Assembly: GCA_964615415.1 (NCBI GenBank)
Contig: CAZTNI010000003.1
Coordinates: 79,235 to 143,234, forward strand
Length of the DNA stretch: 64,000 nucleotides
DNA from: an uncultured Candidatus Saccharibacteria bacterium
GTDB taxonomy: Bacteria; Patescibacteriota; Minisyncoccia; Phycocordibacterales; SBAW01
Direction: 5' to 3'
This document shows, in pieces, positions 55,308-63,890 of the stretch; the stretch's first letter is position 1, and every line of letters begins with the position of its first letter. The translations under genes were made by a program, and so were the position numbers. The notes beneath the pieces were generated by a model. It was not told the origin of the DNA and searched no databases. It was given only the letters and a program-made list of their open reading frames with translations.

Positions 55308-55355
55308 GGGAACTTTCTGGTTAATTGTACACCTAAAAACAATAAATGTCAAGTA
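55308..55355 (-). promoter_or_regulatory. conserved sigma70 promoter module, copy 2
   Basis: Minus strand TTGACA-17 nt-TACAAT; its -35 overlaps the first ATG of the dnaG ORF. Confidence 0.55.
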
Positions 55356-57073
55356 CTAAGCATAGAGCTGAAAAAGCTATACTGCTAGGACCTATGGCCG
55401 ACTCTCATGACGATGTACAGAAGATAAAAGACCGGCTCTCGATCGTGGATGTGGTGGGGCAATACGTCCAGCTGCGCCGCGCAGGGCGCAATTACTCCGG
55501 CCGCTGCCCGTTCCATAAAGAACGCACGCCGTCGTTTATGGTGTCGCCCGAGCGCGGCACGTACATGTGTTTCGGCTGCGGGGAGAAGGGAGATATTTTT
55601 TCATTTGTAGAAAAGATTGAAAGTCTAGACTTCCGCACTGCCTTAGAGCAGCTTGCGCAAAAAGCGGGGGTAGAGCTTCATCGCGAGTTCACGCAAAAGA
55701 GAGAAAATGCGGATGAGCAGAATCGGTTATTTGCAGTCTGTGAAGCAGCGACCACCTTTTTTGTTACTCAATTGCGCGCACGTCCCGCAGTGGTGGAGTA
55801 TCTCCATGCGCGCGGTGTACACGATGAGACAGTAGCAGAGTGGCGCTTAGGGTACGCACCTGCAGCGTGGCGTGAACTAACAGAACATCTGCTCGCACAA
55901 GGGTTTACGAAAGACGAGGTGGCCGAAGCAGGGCTTGCTGCACGCTCGGAGAAAAAGCCGGGAGAAGTGTATGATCGCTTTCGCGGGCGTATTATGTTTC
56001 CGATCAATGATGTTGCGGGAAGAGTCGTTGCTTTTTCAGGACGATTTTTTGAAAAAGTACCCGGCTCGAAGGAGGAGGGTGAACCTGCTAAGTATGTAAA
56101 CAGTCCGGAAACGCCGCTCTTTAAAAAATCGAAGATCCTCTACGGGCTCGACCGTGCAAAACAAGCGATCCGTAAACTCGACTGCATCCTCCTTGTTGAA
56201 GGGCAGTTCGATGTTGTACTTTCGCACCAGTCTGGTTTGCCGTTTGCGGTAGCGCTCTCGGGCACTGCACTTACCCCCGAACATCTTTCCTTAATGAGTC
56301 GATACTCGAAGCGCCTGATATTGGCGCTCGATGCCGACCAGGCGGGGATCCGTGCAGGACTAAAGAGTGCGCTCATGGCGCTCGGCAGTGGGCTCGATGT
56401 AAAAATCCCTACCTTCCACGATGCGAAAGATCCTGCCGACGTTGCGAAGGAAAATCCAGAGCTTCTCAAAGCAGCGATCCGCACATCGCAAACAGCTATC
56501 GAGTTTTTCCTCGATATACTGCGTGCTACTGCTAAAGATGAGCGCTCGTACAAAAAACTTGTGGAAGCTCAGGTGCTTCCCTTAGTTGCCGCTATCGACA
56601 GCACGATAGACCAAGAGCATTTCATCCGCATCATTGCGACACGCTTGGGCGTACCGGACACAGCAGTGCGCACCGAAGTGCGCAAAAAGCCTGCACTCAA
56701 CGTTACTGCTGAAGAAGAAAGCGCACCGGTCGCTGTGCCGACAAGTACGCTGACGGCACTGGAAGAAAAGGTGGGAATGCTCGTCTTCCATTTTGGAGAA
56801 GAGAGCGAGGTGGGGCAGCGACTTAAAACTATTCTCGGCGAGGTACTCTATCCAATATATATGGAACGGACGCGGCCGTTTGAGGAGCTGCTTCGCTTTA
56901 AATTTGATGGTGAAGCAGGGGATAGTGCAGATACAGGGGTCCTTGTTGATGATATGCTCAAAGGTATTGAACTTGCCCGAATCGAGGAAGAGATTTCCTC
57001 CGGCGCAATCGATACGACACGTATCATGCAGCTCGTTCGCCGCAAAGAGGAGCTGCGCAAGTATAGGGTCTAG
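55346..57073 (+). CDS. dnaG: DNA primase
   Basis: Zinc-binding CPFHKERTPSF...CFGCGEKGD, TOPRIM (LLVEGQFDV...LDADQAG); true start may be the ATG at 55397 (MADSHDD...). Confidence 0.85.
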   Translation: MSSTKHRAEKAILLGPMADSHDDVQKIKDRLSIVDVVGQYVQLRRAGRNYSGRCPFHKERTPSFMVSPERGTYMCFGCGEKGDIFSFVEKIESLDFRTALEQLAQKAGVELHREFTQKRENADEQNRLFAVCEAATTFFVTQLRARPAVVEYLHARGVHDETVAEWRLGYAPAAWRELTEHLLAQGFTKDEVAEAGLAARSEKKPGEVYDRFRGRIMFPINDVAGRVVAFSGRFFEKVPGSKEEGEPAKYVNSPETPLFKKSKILYGLDRAKQAIRKLDCILLVEGQFDVVLSHQSGLPFAVALSGTALTPEHLSLMSRYSKRLILALDADQAGIRAGLKSALMALGSGLDVKIPTFHDAKDPADVAKENPELLKAAIRTSQTAIEFFLDILRATAKDERSYKKLVEAQVLPLVAAIDSTIDQEHFIRIIATRLGVPDTAVRTEVRKKPALNVTAEEESAPVAVPTSTLTALEEKVGMLVFHFGEESEVGQRLKTILGEVLYPIYMERTRPFEELLRFKFDGEAGDSADTGVLVDDMLKGIELARIEEEISSGAIDTTRIMQLVRRKEELRKYRV

Positions 57074-57107
57074 CAAAACGCTACAATTTCTGGTATAACT
57101 ACTTCCA

Positions 57108-58352
57108 ATGGCAAAAACTAAAAAGGTCACCAAAGCAGGGAAGCGGGCTAAGTCTGTGGTCGCTAAGGCGAAGGCGTTTCGTGCTGTCGCAGCTAAGCGC
57201 CGCACCAAACTTGCCCCTCCGAAGAAGGCGACTAAGAAGGAAAAGGGCGCTCCTGCAGAGAAGATCAATCCGAAGCTTCAAAAAAAGATTGATGAACAGA
57301 GCAAAAAGGCAGAAGCCTTGATGGCTCGTGGTCGTGAACGCGGGTTCGTTACCTACGACGAAATTTTGAAGGCGTTTCCAAATATTGAGGACGATGTCCT
57401 CTTCCTTGAAGAGCTCTACGAAAAGTTTTCTACTGCGCACATTGATGTGCTTGAAGGCGGCGGCATGCTCGAAGTAAACGACGAGGCGCTCGAAAAGGGG
57501 TACTCTCGTTCAGACTCGCAGTATGACTCTATTCAGATGTACTTGCGCGAGATCGGTAAGTATCCACTCCTTAATGCGCAGCAAGAGCGCGACTTAGCAA
57601 AGCGCATTGTCGATGGCGATGCAGAAGCACGCAACCTTCTTGCCCGAGCGAACCTCCGCCTCGTGGTGTCTATTGCAAAGCGCTATGTTGGTCGCTCGCC
57701 AGACCTCACTCTTCTTGACCTGATTCAGGAAGGAAACCTTGGCCTCTTTAAAGCGGTAGATAAATTCGACTTTACGAAGGGATTTAAATTCTCGACCTAT
57801 GCAACCTGGTGGATCCGCCAGGCTATTACCCGCGCCCTTGCAGACCAGTCTCGCACCATCCGTATTCCGGTGCACATGGTGGAAACAATTGCGAAGTATA
57901 AGCAGGTAGCGCGCCGCCTTTCGCAGGACCTCGGTCGCGACCCACTCGCAGAAGAGATCGCACTTGAAATGGGTGTGGATGTCGACAAGATTTATCAGAT
58001 TGAAAAGATTGACCAAGATACCGTGTCGCTGGAAAGCCCGGTTGGTTCCGACGAAGATGATGGTAAATCTGTGCTTGGCGATTTCGTAAAGGACGACAAG
58101 ATCCTTTCTCCAGACCAGGAAGTAGCACGTCGCATCCTTGCAGACCAGTTGCGCGAAATTTTGGACGAGCTCTCACCAAAGGAGCGCGAGATTTTGAAGC
58201 TCCGCCACGGTCTTGAAGACGGTATTTACCACACGCTTGAAGAGGTAGGAAAGAAGTTCGGTGTGACCCGCGAGCGCATTCGCCAAATTGAGGCAAAAGC
58301 CCTCGAGCGCATCCGCACCCACGAAAAAGCAAAGAGACTGCGCAGTTATTAA
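57108..58352 (+). CDS. rpoD: RNA polymerase sigma factor RpoD
   Basis: Lys/Ala-rich N-terminus; region 2 ([17 protein letters not shown]...[10 protein letters not shown]) and region 4 HTH; directly after dnaG. Confidence 0.9.
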   Translation: MAKTKKVTKAGKRAKSVVAKAKAFRAVAAKRRTKLAPPKKATKKEKGAPAEKINPKLQKKIDEQSKKAEALMARGRERGFVTYDEILKAFPNIEDDVLFLEELYEKFSTAHIDVLEGGGMLEVNDEALEKGYSRSDSQYDSIQMYLREIGKYPLLNAQQERDLAKRIVDGDAEARNLLARANLRLVVSIAKRYVGRSPDLTLLDLIQEGNLGLFKAVDKFDFTKGFKFSTYATWWIRQAITRALADQSRTIRIPVHMVETIAKYKQVARRLSQDLGRDPLAEEIALEMGVDVDKIYQIEKIDQDTVSLESPVGSDEDDGKSVLGDFVKDDKILSPDQEVARRILADQLREILDELSPKEREILKLRHGLEDGIYHTLEEVGKKFGVTRERIRQIEAKALERIRTHEKAKRLRSY

Positions 58353-58361
58353 AGCTCTACA

Positions 58362-58484
58362 CAGGAGTAAAAAAGAGTGCTCTCCTCGCTCCAACTCGTT
58401 TTGCTATTGTGTCGGACACAGGGTGATACCAAAACGAGCAGGGCTGGCCGTTAGGCCAGGTCTTACACTCTTTTTTACTCCTGT
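58362..58484. repeat. 123-bp structured element bounded by perfect 18-bp inverted repeats
   Basis: CAGGAGTAAAAAAGAGTG ... CACTCTTTTTTACTCCTG enclosing nested hairpins (CTCGTTTTG/CAAAACGAG; TGTGTC/GACACA; CTGGCC/GGCCAG). Confidence 0.5.
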
Positions 58485-58496
58485 AACTCCGCTACG

Positions 58497-58534
58497 CACA
58501 AAAAAGACGCCTGGCGTTGCCGCCAGGCGTCTCG
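58497..58534. terminator. bidirectional terminator
   Basis: AGACGCCTGGCG-TTGC-CGCCAGGCGTCT 12-bp stem with AAAAAA on the plus 5' side (T-run for the minus-strand gene). Confidence 0.6.
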
Positions 58535-58558
58535 ATTCATTTCAACATAATCGCCAAG

Positions 58559-58786
58559 TCACGATTTCCTCCTTGAAGATTCTTCGCCGTTAGAGCCGTA
58601 GGTGCGTCTAGCTTCATCGATCTCTTCGATTAGAGCTTTGCAAGCTAGATAGCCTAGAATGAAAGCGGGGGAATAATCACGGTACTTCCGCGACGGGATG
58701 TAATGATCATATGCATGATGATACCCCTCATCCCACTCCGTACCTTCTTTTGGATCCTTAGGACGAACATCTTCGGTTTTGGTCAT
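58559..58786 (-). CDS. hypothetical small protein (75 aa)
   Basis: GGAGG RBS before ATG (MTKTEDVRP...); terminated by the hairpin at 58497-58534. Confidence 0.45.
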   Translation of the reverse strand: MTKTEDVRPKDPKEGTEWDEGYHHAYDHYIPSRKYRDYSPAFILGYLACKALIEEIDEARRTYGSNGEESSRRKS

Positions 58787-58922
58787 TTCTTTCCTCCTAC
58801 TTTGCGAGCAGAAGGGAAGCCAAGACCAGTTTCCGGTTTTTCTGCTCAGAAGAACAACGAAATCATAATACATGATTTGCATAAAAAGTCAAGGGGAGCT
58901 GTCTTTTGCTATACTTCTTCTC

Positions 58923-59756
58923 ATGGCTACTGAACGGAAGAAAGACCTGCCTATCAAGTACTGGAGCCACTCTTCTTTAATGACCTTTTTGCGTAACCCG
59001 CTTGCTTGGTACAAGCGCTATGTGGAAGAAGTGTACGACACGCCGTCCTCGCCTGCGGCGATTGTGGGGCGCGCTGCGCACGTGGCACTCGAACATTTTT
59101 ACGGCGGCATTCCAAAAGAAGGAGCTATAGCTTTAGGGCAGGAGTATTTGCAAAACGTGCCAGACTTTGAGATTAACTTCGGCAAGGCGGAAAGTAAGCG
59201 TGCAAAAAAGAAAAAGAGGCAGCAAATGGAAAAGGAATACCTGCAGGCAATTGGATTTTTCCTAGAACGCCCGCCGCGTTTTAAGGTGCTCGGGGTCGAG
59301 GTAAAGGGAACAGTGAAGGTCGAGGGGCTGCCGCTCCCGCTTAAAGCGATTTCCGACCTTGTGGTGCAGTCGAAGCTCGATAAAGAGTCTATTGATATTG
59401 TTGATTTTAAATTTGTTGATTCCTTCAGTGCGTTTGGGCCGCAAAAGACACTATTTGTGATCCAAGCCTTGTTTAACTACTACACCGCGCGGGAATTATT
59501 TAAAAAGCCAGTACTGCGGTTTATTGTACTTGAGTGTAAAAAGACAAAGAACCGCGACAATAAAGCGCAGGTACGCCGCTACATAATCGACTTCCGGAAT
59601 ATTAAACAGGAGTTCCACCTATTCCGCCGGCTTATGCTCGATGCGACGGAAGAAATTTCTCGGACGAAAGTATTCCTCCCGAACCCGAGCGACCTGCTTG
59701 AAGGCGAAAATTCGTTTGATATTTACCGCCTCGGCTTGGCGGAAGAGGGGGAGTAG
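58923..59756 (+). CDS. PD-(D/E)XK nuclease superfamily protein (Cas4/RecB-nuclease-like core, no Cys cluster)
   Basis: N-terminal WSHSSLMTFLRNPLAWYKRYV resembles the PDDEXK_1 hallmark; GRAAHVALE, then D...IDIVDFK (D-x-n-D/E-x-K); -10 TATACT 8 nt before the ATG (leaderless-like). Confidence 0.6.
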   Translation: MATERKKDLPIKYWSHSSLMTFLRNPLAWYKRYVEEVYDTPSSPAAIVGRAAHVALEHFYGGIPKEGAIALGQEYLQNVPDFEINFGKAESKRAKKKKRQQMEKEYLQAIGFFLERPPRFKVLGVEVKGTVKVEGLPLPLKAISDLVVQSKLDKESIDIVDFKFVDSFSAFGPQKTLFVIQALFNYYTARELFKKPVLRFIVLECKKTKNRDNKAQVRRYIIDFRNIKQEFHLFRRLMLDATEEISRTKVFLPNPSDLLEGENSFDIYRLGLAEEGE

Positions 59757-59775
59757 TAAAAAGAAGAAATAAGAA

Positions 59776-59806
59776 AAACCCCGCGGCTAGCCGCGGGGTT
59801 TTTATT
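59776..59806. terminator. bidirectional terminator
   Basis: AACCCCGCGG-CTAG-CCGCGGGGTT hairpin with A-run/T-run flanks. Confidence 0.65.
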
Positions 59807-59810
59807 AATC

Positions 59811-60518
59811 TTACTGCTGTGTTGTCGTTGCACTGCCGCCCGGGAGGCCAGCGAGGACTGCGTCAATTGCTGCACGCATAGACTCATATGGCTGTGCGCC
59901 CGAGAGTACGACTGACTCGTTGCCTACCATAATGAGTACGTACGGGGTGCCCTGTGCGCCAAGGCGAATAGCCTCGGTGTAGCTGTCTGCAACTTTCTTT
60001 TGATACGTGCCGTTACCCAAGCACTGGTTAAATGCTGCGACGTCGAGCCCGACTTCGCCTGCGATAGCTGGAAGGGATGCAAGGTCGAGGCCGTTATTGC
60101 CTGGTGTTACTTCATATACGCGGTCAACAAACTTAAAGAATGCAGTATCGCCACCCTGTGCTGCAGCACACTCCGCTGCTTCAGCCTCTTTCGGGGCCTT
60201 TGAGTGGATAGTGCCGAGCGGGAATGGGCGGTATACCCACGCAACACGGCCTGAAGTGCCGTAGTAATCCATAATCTGGTGCATGGTGTTGTGGAAGGTT
60301 TTGCAGTACGGACACTCGAGGTCTGCGTACTCGACTACTTTTACTTCTGCTTGTGGGTTGCCAAGAATGTGGTCAATAGCAGGGTCGTAGGCGCGAGCGT
60401 TGGTTGTGCTGCCGCCAGGAGTTGGGGTTGTGCCGCCTGCACCTACCAAAAAGACTGCTCCTGCAATAAGCGCACCCGCAACCACGATCGTCAAAGGAAG
60501 TACTAAATTGCTCTTCAT
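59811..60518 (-). CDS. DsbA-like thiol:disulfide oxidoreductase, membrane-anchored
   Basis: N-terminal TM helix; CPYC thioredoxin active site (VVEYADLECPYCKTFH). Confidence 0.8.
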   Translation of the reverse strand: MKSNLVLPLTIVVAGALIAGAVFLVGAGGTTPTPGGSTTNARAYDPAIDHILGNPQAEVKVVEYADLECPYCKTFHNTMHQIMDYYGTSGRVAWVYRPFPLGTIHSKAPKEAEAAECAAAQGGDTAFFKFVDRVYEVTPGNNGLDLASLPAIAGEVGLDVAAFNQCLGNGTYQKKVADSYTEAIRLGAQGTPYVLIMVGNESVVLSGAQPYESMRAAIDAVLAGLPGGSATTTQQ

Positions 60519-60559
60519 ATATGTCGTTTACCTATAAGTAATCCCCACTATATCACGGA

Positions 60560-61141
60560 TCAAAACGGCAAGGTATGGGTTATGGCAGGCGCGTCTTCAG
60601 GTGTTTTTTCCCAGCCTGAAGTATTTAATTTGATGTCACGGATACCGTCGTAGTCCTTATATTTAAGGTGTTTATTTTTCTTTGCGTATTCGTAGAGCTC
60701 CTTCGTAATGCGCACATCGTCGATACAGTAGTCTATAACTTTTTGTTTTTCGCCATTCTTCCACCACTCGATAGCTTCAAGTCCGTTACCGCTCTTCTTT
60801 TTCCCGAGCGTTGCTTCGGCGAGGTTGTCCATCTTTAATCTGCGACCGAGCACGTTGCGCACTTCTTTCAAGAGGTCAACGCTTTTAAGTTTAGTAAGGT
60901 CGCCAGGGTAGTACTTATTCAGGATCGGAATGTCGAAGTGGTCGGAATTGTAGCCTATTAACACGTCTGCGTGTTCAAAGAGCGGCCACATTTTGCCCAA
61001 GTCTTCTTTAAAGAAGCTCAAGTACTCGTCTGTTTTAGAATCGTGGACGCAACAGACGGACACTTCGAGCTGCGAAAAGTCGCCATTGGTGCGGAATTCG
61101 CCAACCGTTTCAATGTCAAAGGTGATTCGTCGCAGCGCCAT
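60560..61141 (-). CDS. DEDDy-type 3'-5' exonuclease (DnaQ-like, PolB-exo-like motifs)
   Basis: Exo I FDIETVG, Exo II IGYNSDHFDIPIL, Exo III YCIDDVRITKELYEY (Y-x3-D). Confidence 0.65.
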   Translation of the reverse strand: MALRRITFDIETVGEFRTNGDFSQLEVSVCCVHDSKTDEYLSFFKEDLGKMWPLFEHADVLIGYNSDHFDIPILNKYYPGDLTKLKSVDLLKEVRNVLGRRLKMDNLAEATLGKKKSGNGLEAIEWWKNGEKQKVIDYCIDDVRITKELYEYAKKNKHLKYKDYDGIRDIKLNTSGWEKTPEDAPAITHTLPF

Positions 61142-61164
61142 AGAGGAATATTGTACTAGACCTG

Positions 61165-62412
61165 CTAGAGGTTTTCAAAAAATTGTGCGAGTTCTTTACG
61201 AGAAAGTTGCTCCTCGCCACCGCTTTGCAAGTTGCGCACGGTAAAGCGACCGTTTTGCATCTCGGTTTCGCCAACCACAATAAGAAAGGGGATCTTGTGT
61301 TTACTTGCAGCTTTAATTTGGTCACCTAATTTTTTATCGCCAAAGTCGATCGCCACATTAACGCCTTGTGAGCGAAGTTCGTCGGCAAGTCCTAGTGCGA
61401 TCATCGCCATTTCCGGAGAAGTAGAAGCAAGGTAGACGTGTGTCTGTGGTACGTATGCAGGGAGGAGTCCGCGTACTTCGAGAAAGTCTTTAACGGTAAC
61501 GTCGCCCATACCAAAGCCGACACCTGGCACTACTTCATCGTCGAACAGTGCAAGGAGGTTGTCGTAGCGGCCGCCACCCATGAGGGCGCGGTTGTTGTCT
61601 GGGTGCGTATCAAATACTTCAAACACGACGCCGGTGTAGTAATTGAAGCCTCGGACAATTGAGGGATCAAACTCGACATTCTCGATACCCATAAGGCGCA
61701 AAGCTTCTATCACTTCTGCGACATCGTCCGGTATGTTTTCTGGTGAGAGCTGCTCAAGCGCAACACCGAGGGCTATAACTTCGGACTCGAACTCCTCTTT
61801 TGCTAGTTTCCCTTTGCGGTCGAGCAGGCCGAGCAGTTTTTTACCTTGTTCTTCCGAGAGGCCGAGTGCGCTAATAACAGAGTCGAGGAAGTTGCGGCTG
61901 CCAAGCTTGATAATGAAGTCGTCTTCGGTTGCGCCAAATGCTTTTAAAATTTCGCTTGCAACGCGGATGATCTCCGCGTCGGCAAGGAGGGAGCGCGAGC
62001 CAAAAATATCGACATTCAGCTGCCAGTGTTCACGTAAGCGACCGCGCTGCGGGCGTTCATAGCGGAAGAGGTTCGGGATAGAGAACATACGCAGCGGGAA
62101 ACCAAGATCGCGACGGCGTGCGGCCACCATGCGCGCAACGGTCGGTGTCATCTCCGGGCGCAGCGCCACCTCGCGTTCGCCACGGTCGGTAAAGGTGTAG
62201 GTCTGCTCGCTTACTATCTCGGCGTTTTCCGCCCCCTTTGCTTTGTACAATTCTGCAGGTTCAAGAATAGAGGCGTGATATTCCTCGTAGCCAAAGCGGT
62301 GTGCGACGCTACGCATCGTAGAAACGACGTAGTTAAGAAAAGCCTGGTCTTCCGGGTAGAAGTCGCGTACCCCCTTGTAGGGTTCCGTGGAGAGTTTGTC
62401 ACGCTTGGACAT
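61165..62412 (-). CDS. hisS: histidine--tRNA ligase
   Basis: Class IIa HisRS motifs including RPEMTPT, FRYERPQRGRLREHWQ and GGGRYDNL. Confidence 0.9.
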   Translation of the reverse strand: MSKRDKLSTEPYKGVRDFYPEDQAFLNYVVSTMRSVAHRFGYEEYHASILEPAELYKAKGAENAEIVSEQTYTFTDRGEREVALRPEMTPTVARMVAARRRDLGFPLRMFSIPNLFRYERPQRGRLREHWQLNVDIFGSRSLLADAEIIRVASEILKAFGATEDDFIIKLGSRNFLDSVISALGLSEEQGKKLLGLLDRKGKLAKEEFESEVIALGVALEQLSPENIPDDVAEVIEALRLMGIENVEFDPSIVRGFNYYTGVVFEVFDTHPDNNRALMGGGRYDNLLALFDDEVVPGVGFGMGDVTVKDFLEVRGLLPAYVPQTHVYLASTSPEMAMIALGLADELRSQGVNVAIDFGDKKLGDQIKAASKHKIPFLIVVGETEMQNGRFTVRNLQSGGEEQLSRKELAQFFENL

Positions 62413-62444
62413 AGGATTATACTTACTGCTACAGTGTAACAGAA

Positions 62445-63227
62445 ATGTCGGCCTTACTACAGCAGGGCGGCGAAGTATTAAATCTCTACAAGCACGTAGG
62501 GGAAACTCCCCGGGAGCGCCTTGAACGTCTTCGGATTCAGAAAAAGGAATATATGGACGAAGTGCTCTCCTATGCTGGGCGGCTCGACCCTATGGCGGAA
62601 GGAGTGCTGCTGTGCCTCGTGGGAGCGGCCAATAAGCGCAGAGAGTCCTACCTCAATCTTTCGAAAGAATATACGTTCGACGTGTTGTTTGGATTCTCGA
62701 CAGACACGTACGACATTTTAGGGAGAGTGATAGAAACCGGACCTACCGGAAGCGTGCGGCCCAAGCATGTAGAAAAAGCATTAAACGAATTTCGCGGCGA
62801 AGTGTCCCAGGAATATCCACCGTATTCGTCTAAAACCGTGGAAGGGAAGTCGCTCTTTACCTGGGCGCGGCAAAATGCGCTGGCGCAGCTAGTGTTGCCA
62901 CGACACACTGTAACGGTGCATGACATTGCTATAAAAAATATGTACAAGGTGCCGGAAGCGACACTGCTACAGTACATAGAGTCTTCGGTAGAGAAAGTGC
63001 AGGGCGACTTCCGCCAGGAAGAGATTATCCGCACCTGGAAGCAATACCTGCGCCCGGATGGTAAACGGGAGTTCCCCTGTGCATCGATAACGCTTTCGTG
63101 TACCTCCGGGACCTACGCGCGCTCGATAGCACACGGGATAGGTAAAGAACTGAATGTTCCGGCACTTGCACTAAGAATAGTCCGCACAAAGGTGGGGGAT
63201 TATTCTATCGAAAATTCCCTGAGGTAG
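62445..63227 (+). CDS. truB: tRNA pseudouridine(55) synthase TruB-like
   Basis: Catalytic Asp motif SYAGRLDPMAEGVLLCLVGAANK (GxxGxLDPxAxGxL). Confidence 0.75.
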   Translation: MSALLQQGGEVLNLYKHVGETPRERLERLRIQKKEYMDEVLSYAGRLDPMAEGVLLCLVGAANKRRESYLNLSKEYTFDVLFGFSTDTYDILGRVIETGPTGSVRPKHVEKALNEFRGEVSQEYPPYSSKTVEGKSLFTWARQNALAQLVLPRHTVTVHDIAIKNMYKVPEATLLQYIESSVEKVQGDFRQEEIIRTWKQYLRPDGKREFPCASITLSCTSGTYARSIAHGIGKELNVPALALRIVRTKVGDYSIENSLR

Positions 63228-63242
63228 GTCACGTCTAGCATA

Positions 63243-63271
63243 TTGACTTTTTACTTAAATATGCTATCATC
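63243..63271 (+). promoter_or_regulatory. sigma70-like promoter
   Basis: TTGACT-16 nt-TATCAT upstream of a GGAGGA RBS. Confidence 0.4.
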
Positions 63272-63303
63272 AAATTCTACAGTTTCTCACGGAGGATGAA
63301 CTG

Positions 63304-63528
63304 ATGAAAGTCCTTATTGCTATCCCGCCGAGCCAATATAATGCCTTTAGGGCGGGGGAGTCCGTGGAACTCGATCATGCCGGCTCCGATGATCGCATTC
63401 GGGTTGAATGCGATCCGGATGAACTGGAAGTTCTTGTTCGAGACGGAATCTCGCTGGGGGGCGGTTCTGGATTTAAGGTGCGCTACCTTGATCCCAAGGA
63501 TCCGAATAATCGATTTCAGAAGGGCTAG
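63304..63528 (+). CDS. hypothetical small protein (74 aa)
   Basis: Promoter and GGAGGA RBS upstream; several overlapping ORFs make frame choice uncertain. Confidence 0.35.
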   Translation: MKVLIAIPPSQYNAFRAGESVELDHAGSDDRIRVECDPDELEVLVRDGISLGGGSGFKVRYLDPKDPNNRFQKG

Positions 63529-63658
63529 GAATGAGGGCTGGTGTGGCACGTTGCCGCAACCAGCCCTTTCGTTTTTTACCAATCCAGCCGAAAACTCTTT
63601 GCGGTAGTGGATGAATTTTGCTACGGTTACTACATCTGGTTACCCAATGGAGGTTGCC

Positions 63659-63847
63659 ATGCTGCTCTTTGAGTCTATCGTGGGAACAGGAGGTCGAAAT
63701 CCGCCTCCGGTAGTTCCGTGGTCGGGATGGGCACCAGAACCCCCTCCGCCTGAGCAAAAACGGACATGGTGGCAGAGGTTTCTAGAGTGGCTCGGGGCGC
63801 TTTGCTTGAAGGCGTTTTCGTGTGGACTCCCACCTCGCTATTTCTAA
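63659..63847 (+). CDS. hypothetical small Pro/Trp-rich protein (62 aa)
   Basis: GGAGG RBS before ATG (MLLFESIV...); followed directly by a strong terminator. Confidence 0.35.
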   Translation: MLLFESIVGTGGRNPPPVVPWSGWAPEPPPPEQKRTWWQRFLEWLGALCLKAFSCGLPPRYF

Positions 63848-63856
63848 ACAAATACT

Positions 63857-63890
63857 AAAACCCGCCGGTACTCCGGCGGGTTTTTCTTTT
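63857..63890. terminator. bidirectional terminator
   Basis: AAACCCGCCGG-TACT-CCGGCGGGTTT hairpin followed by TTTTCTTTTT. Confidence 0.65.
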
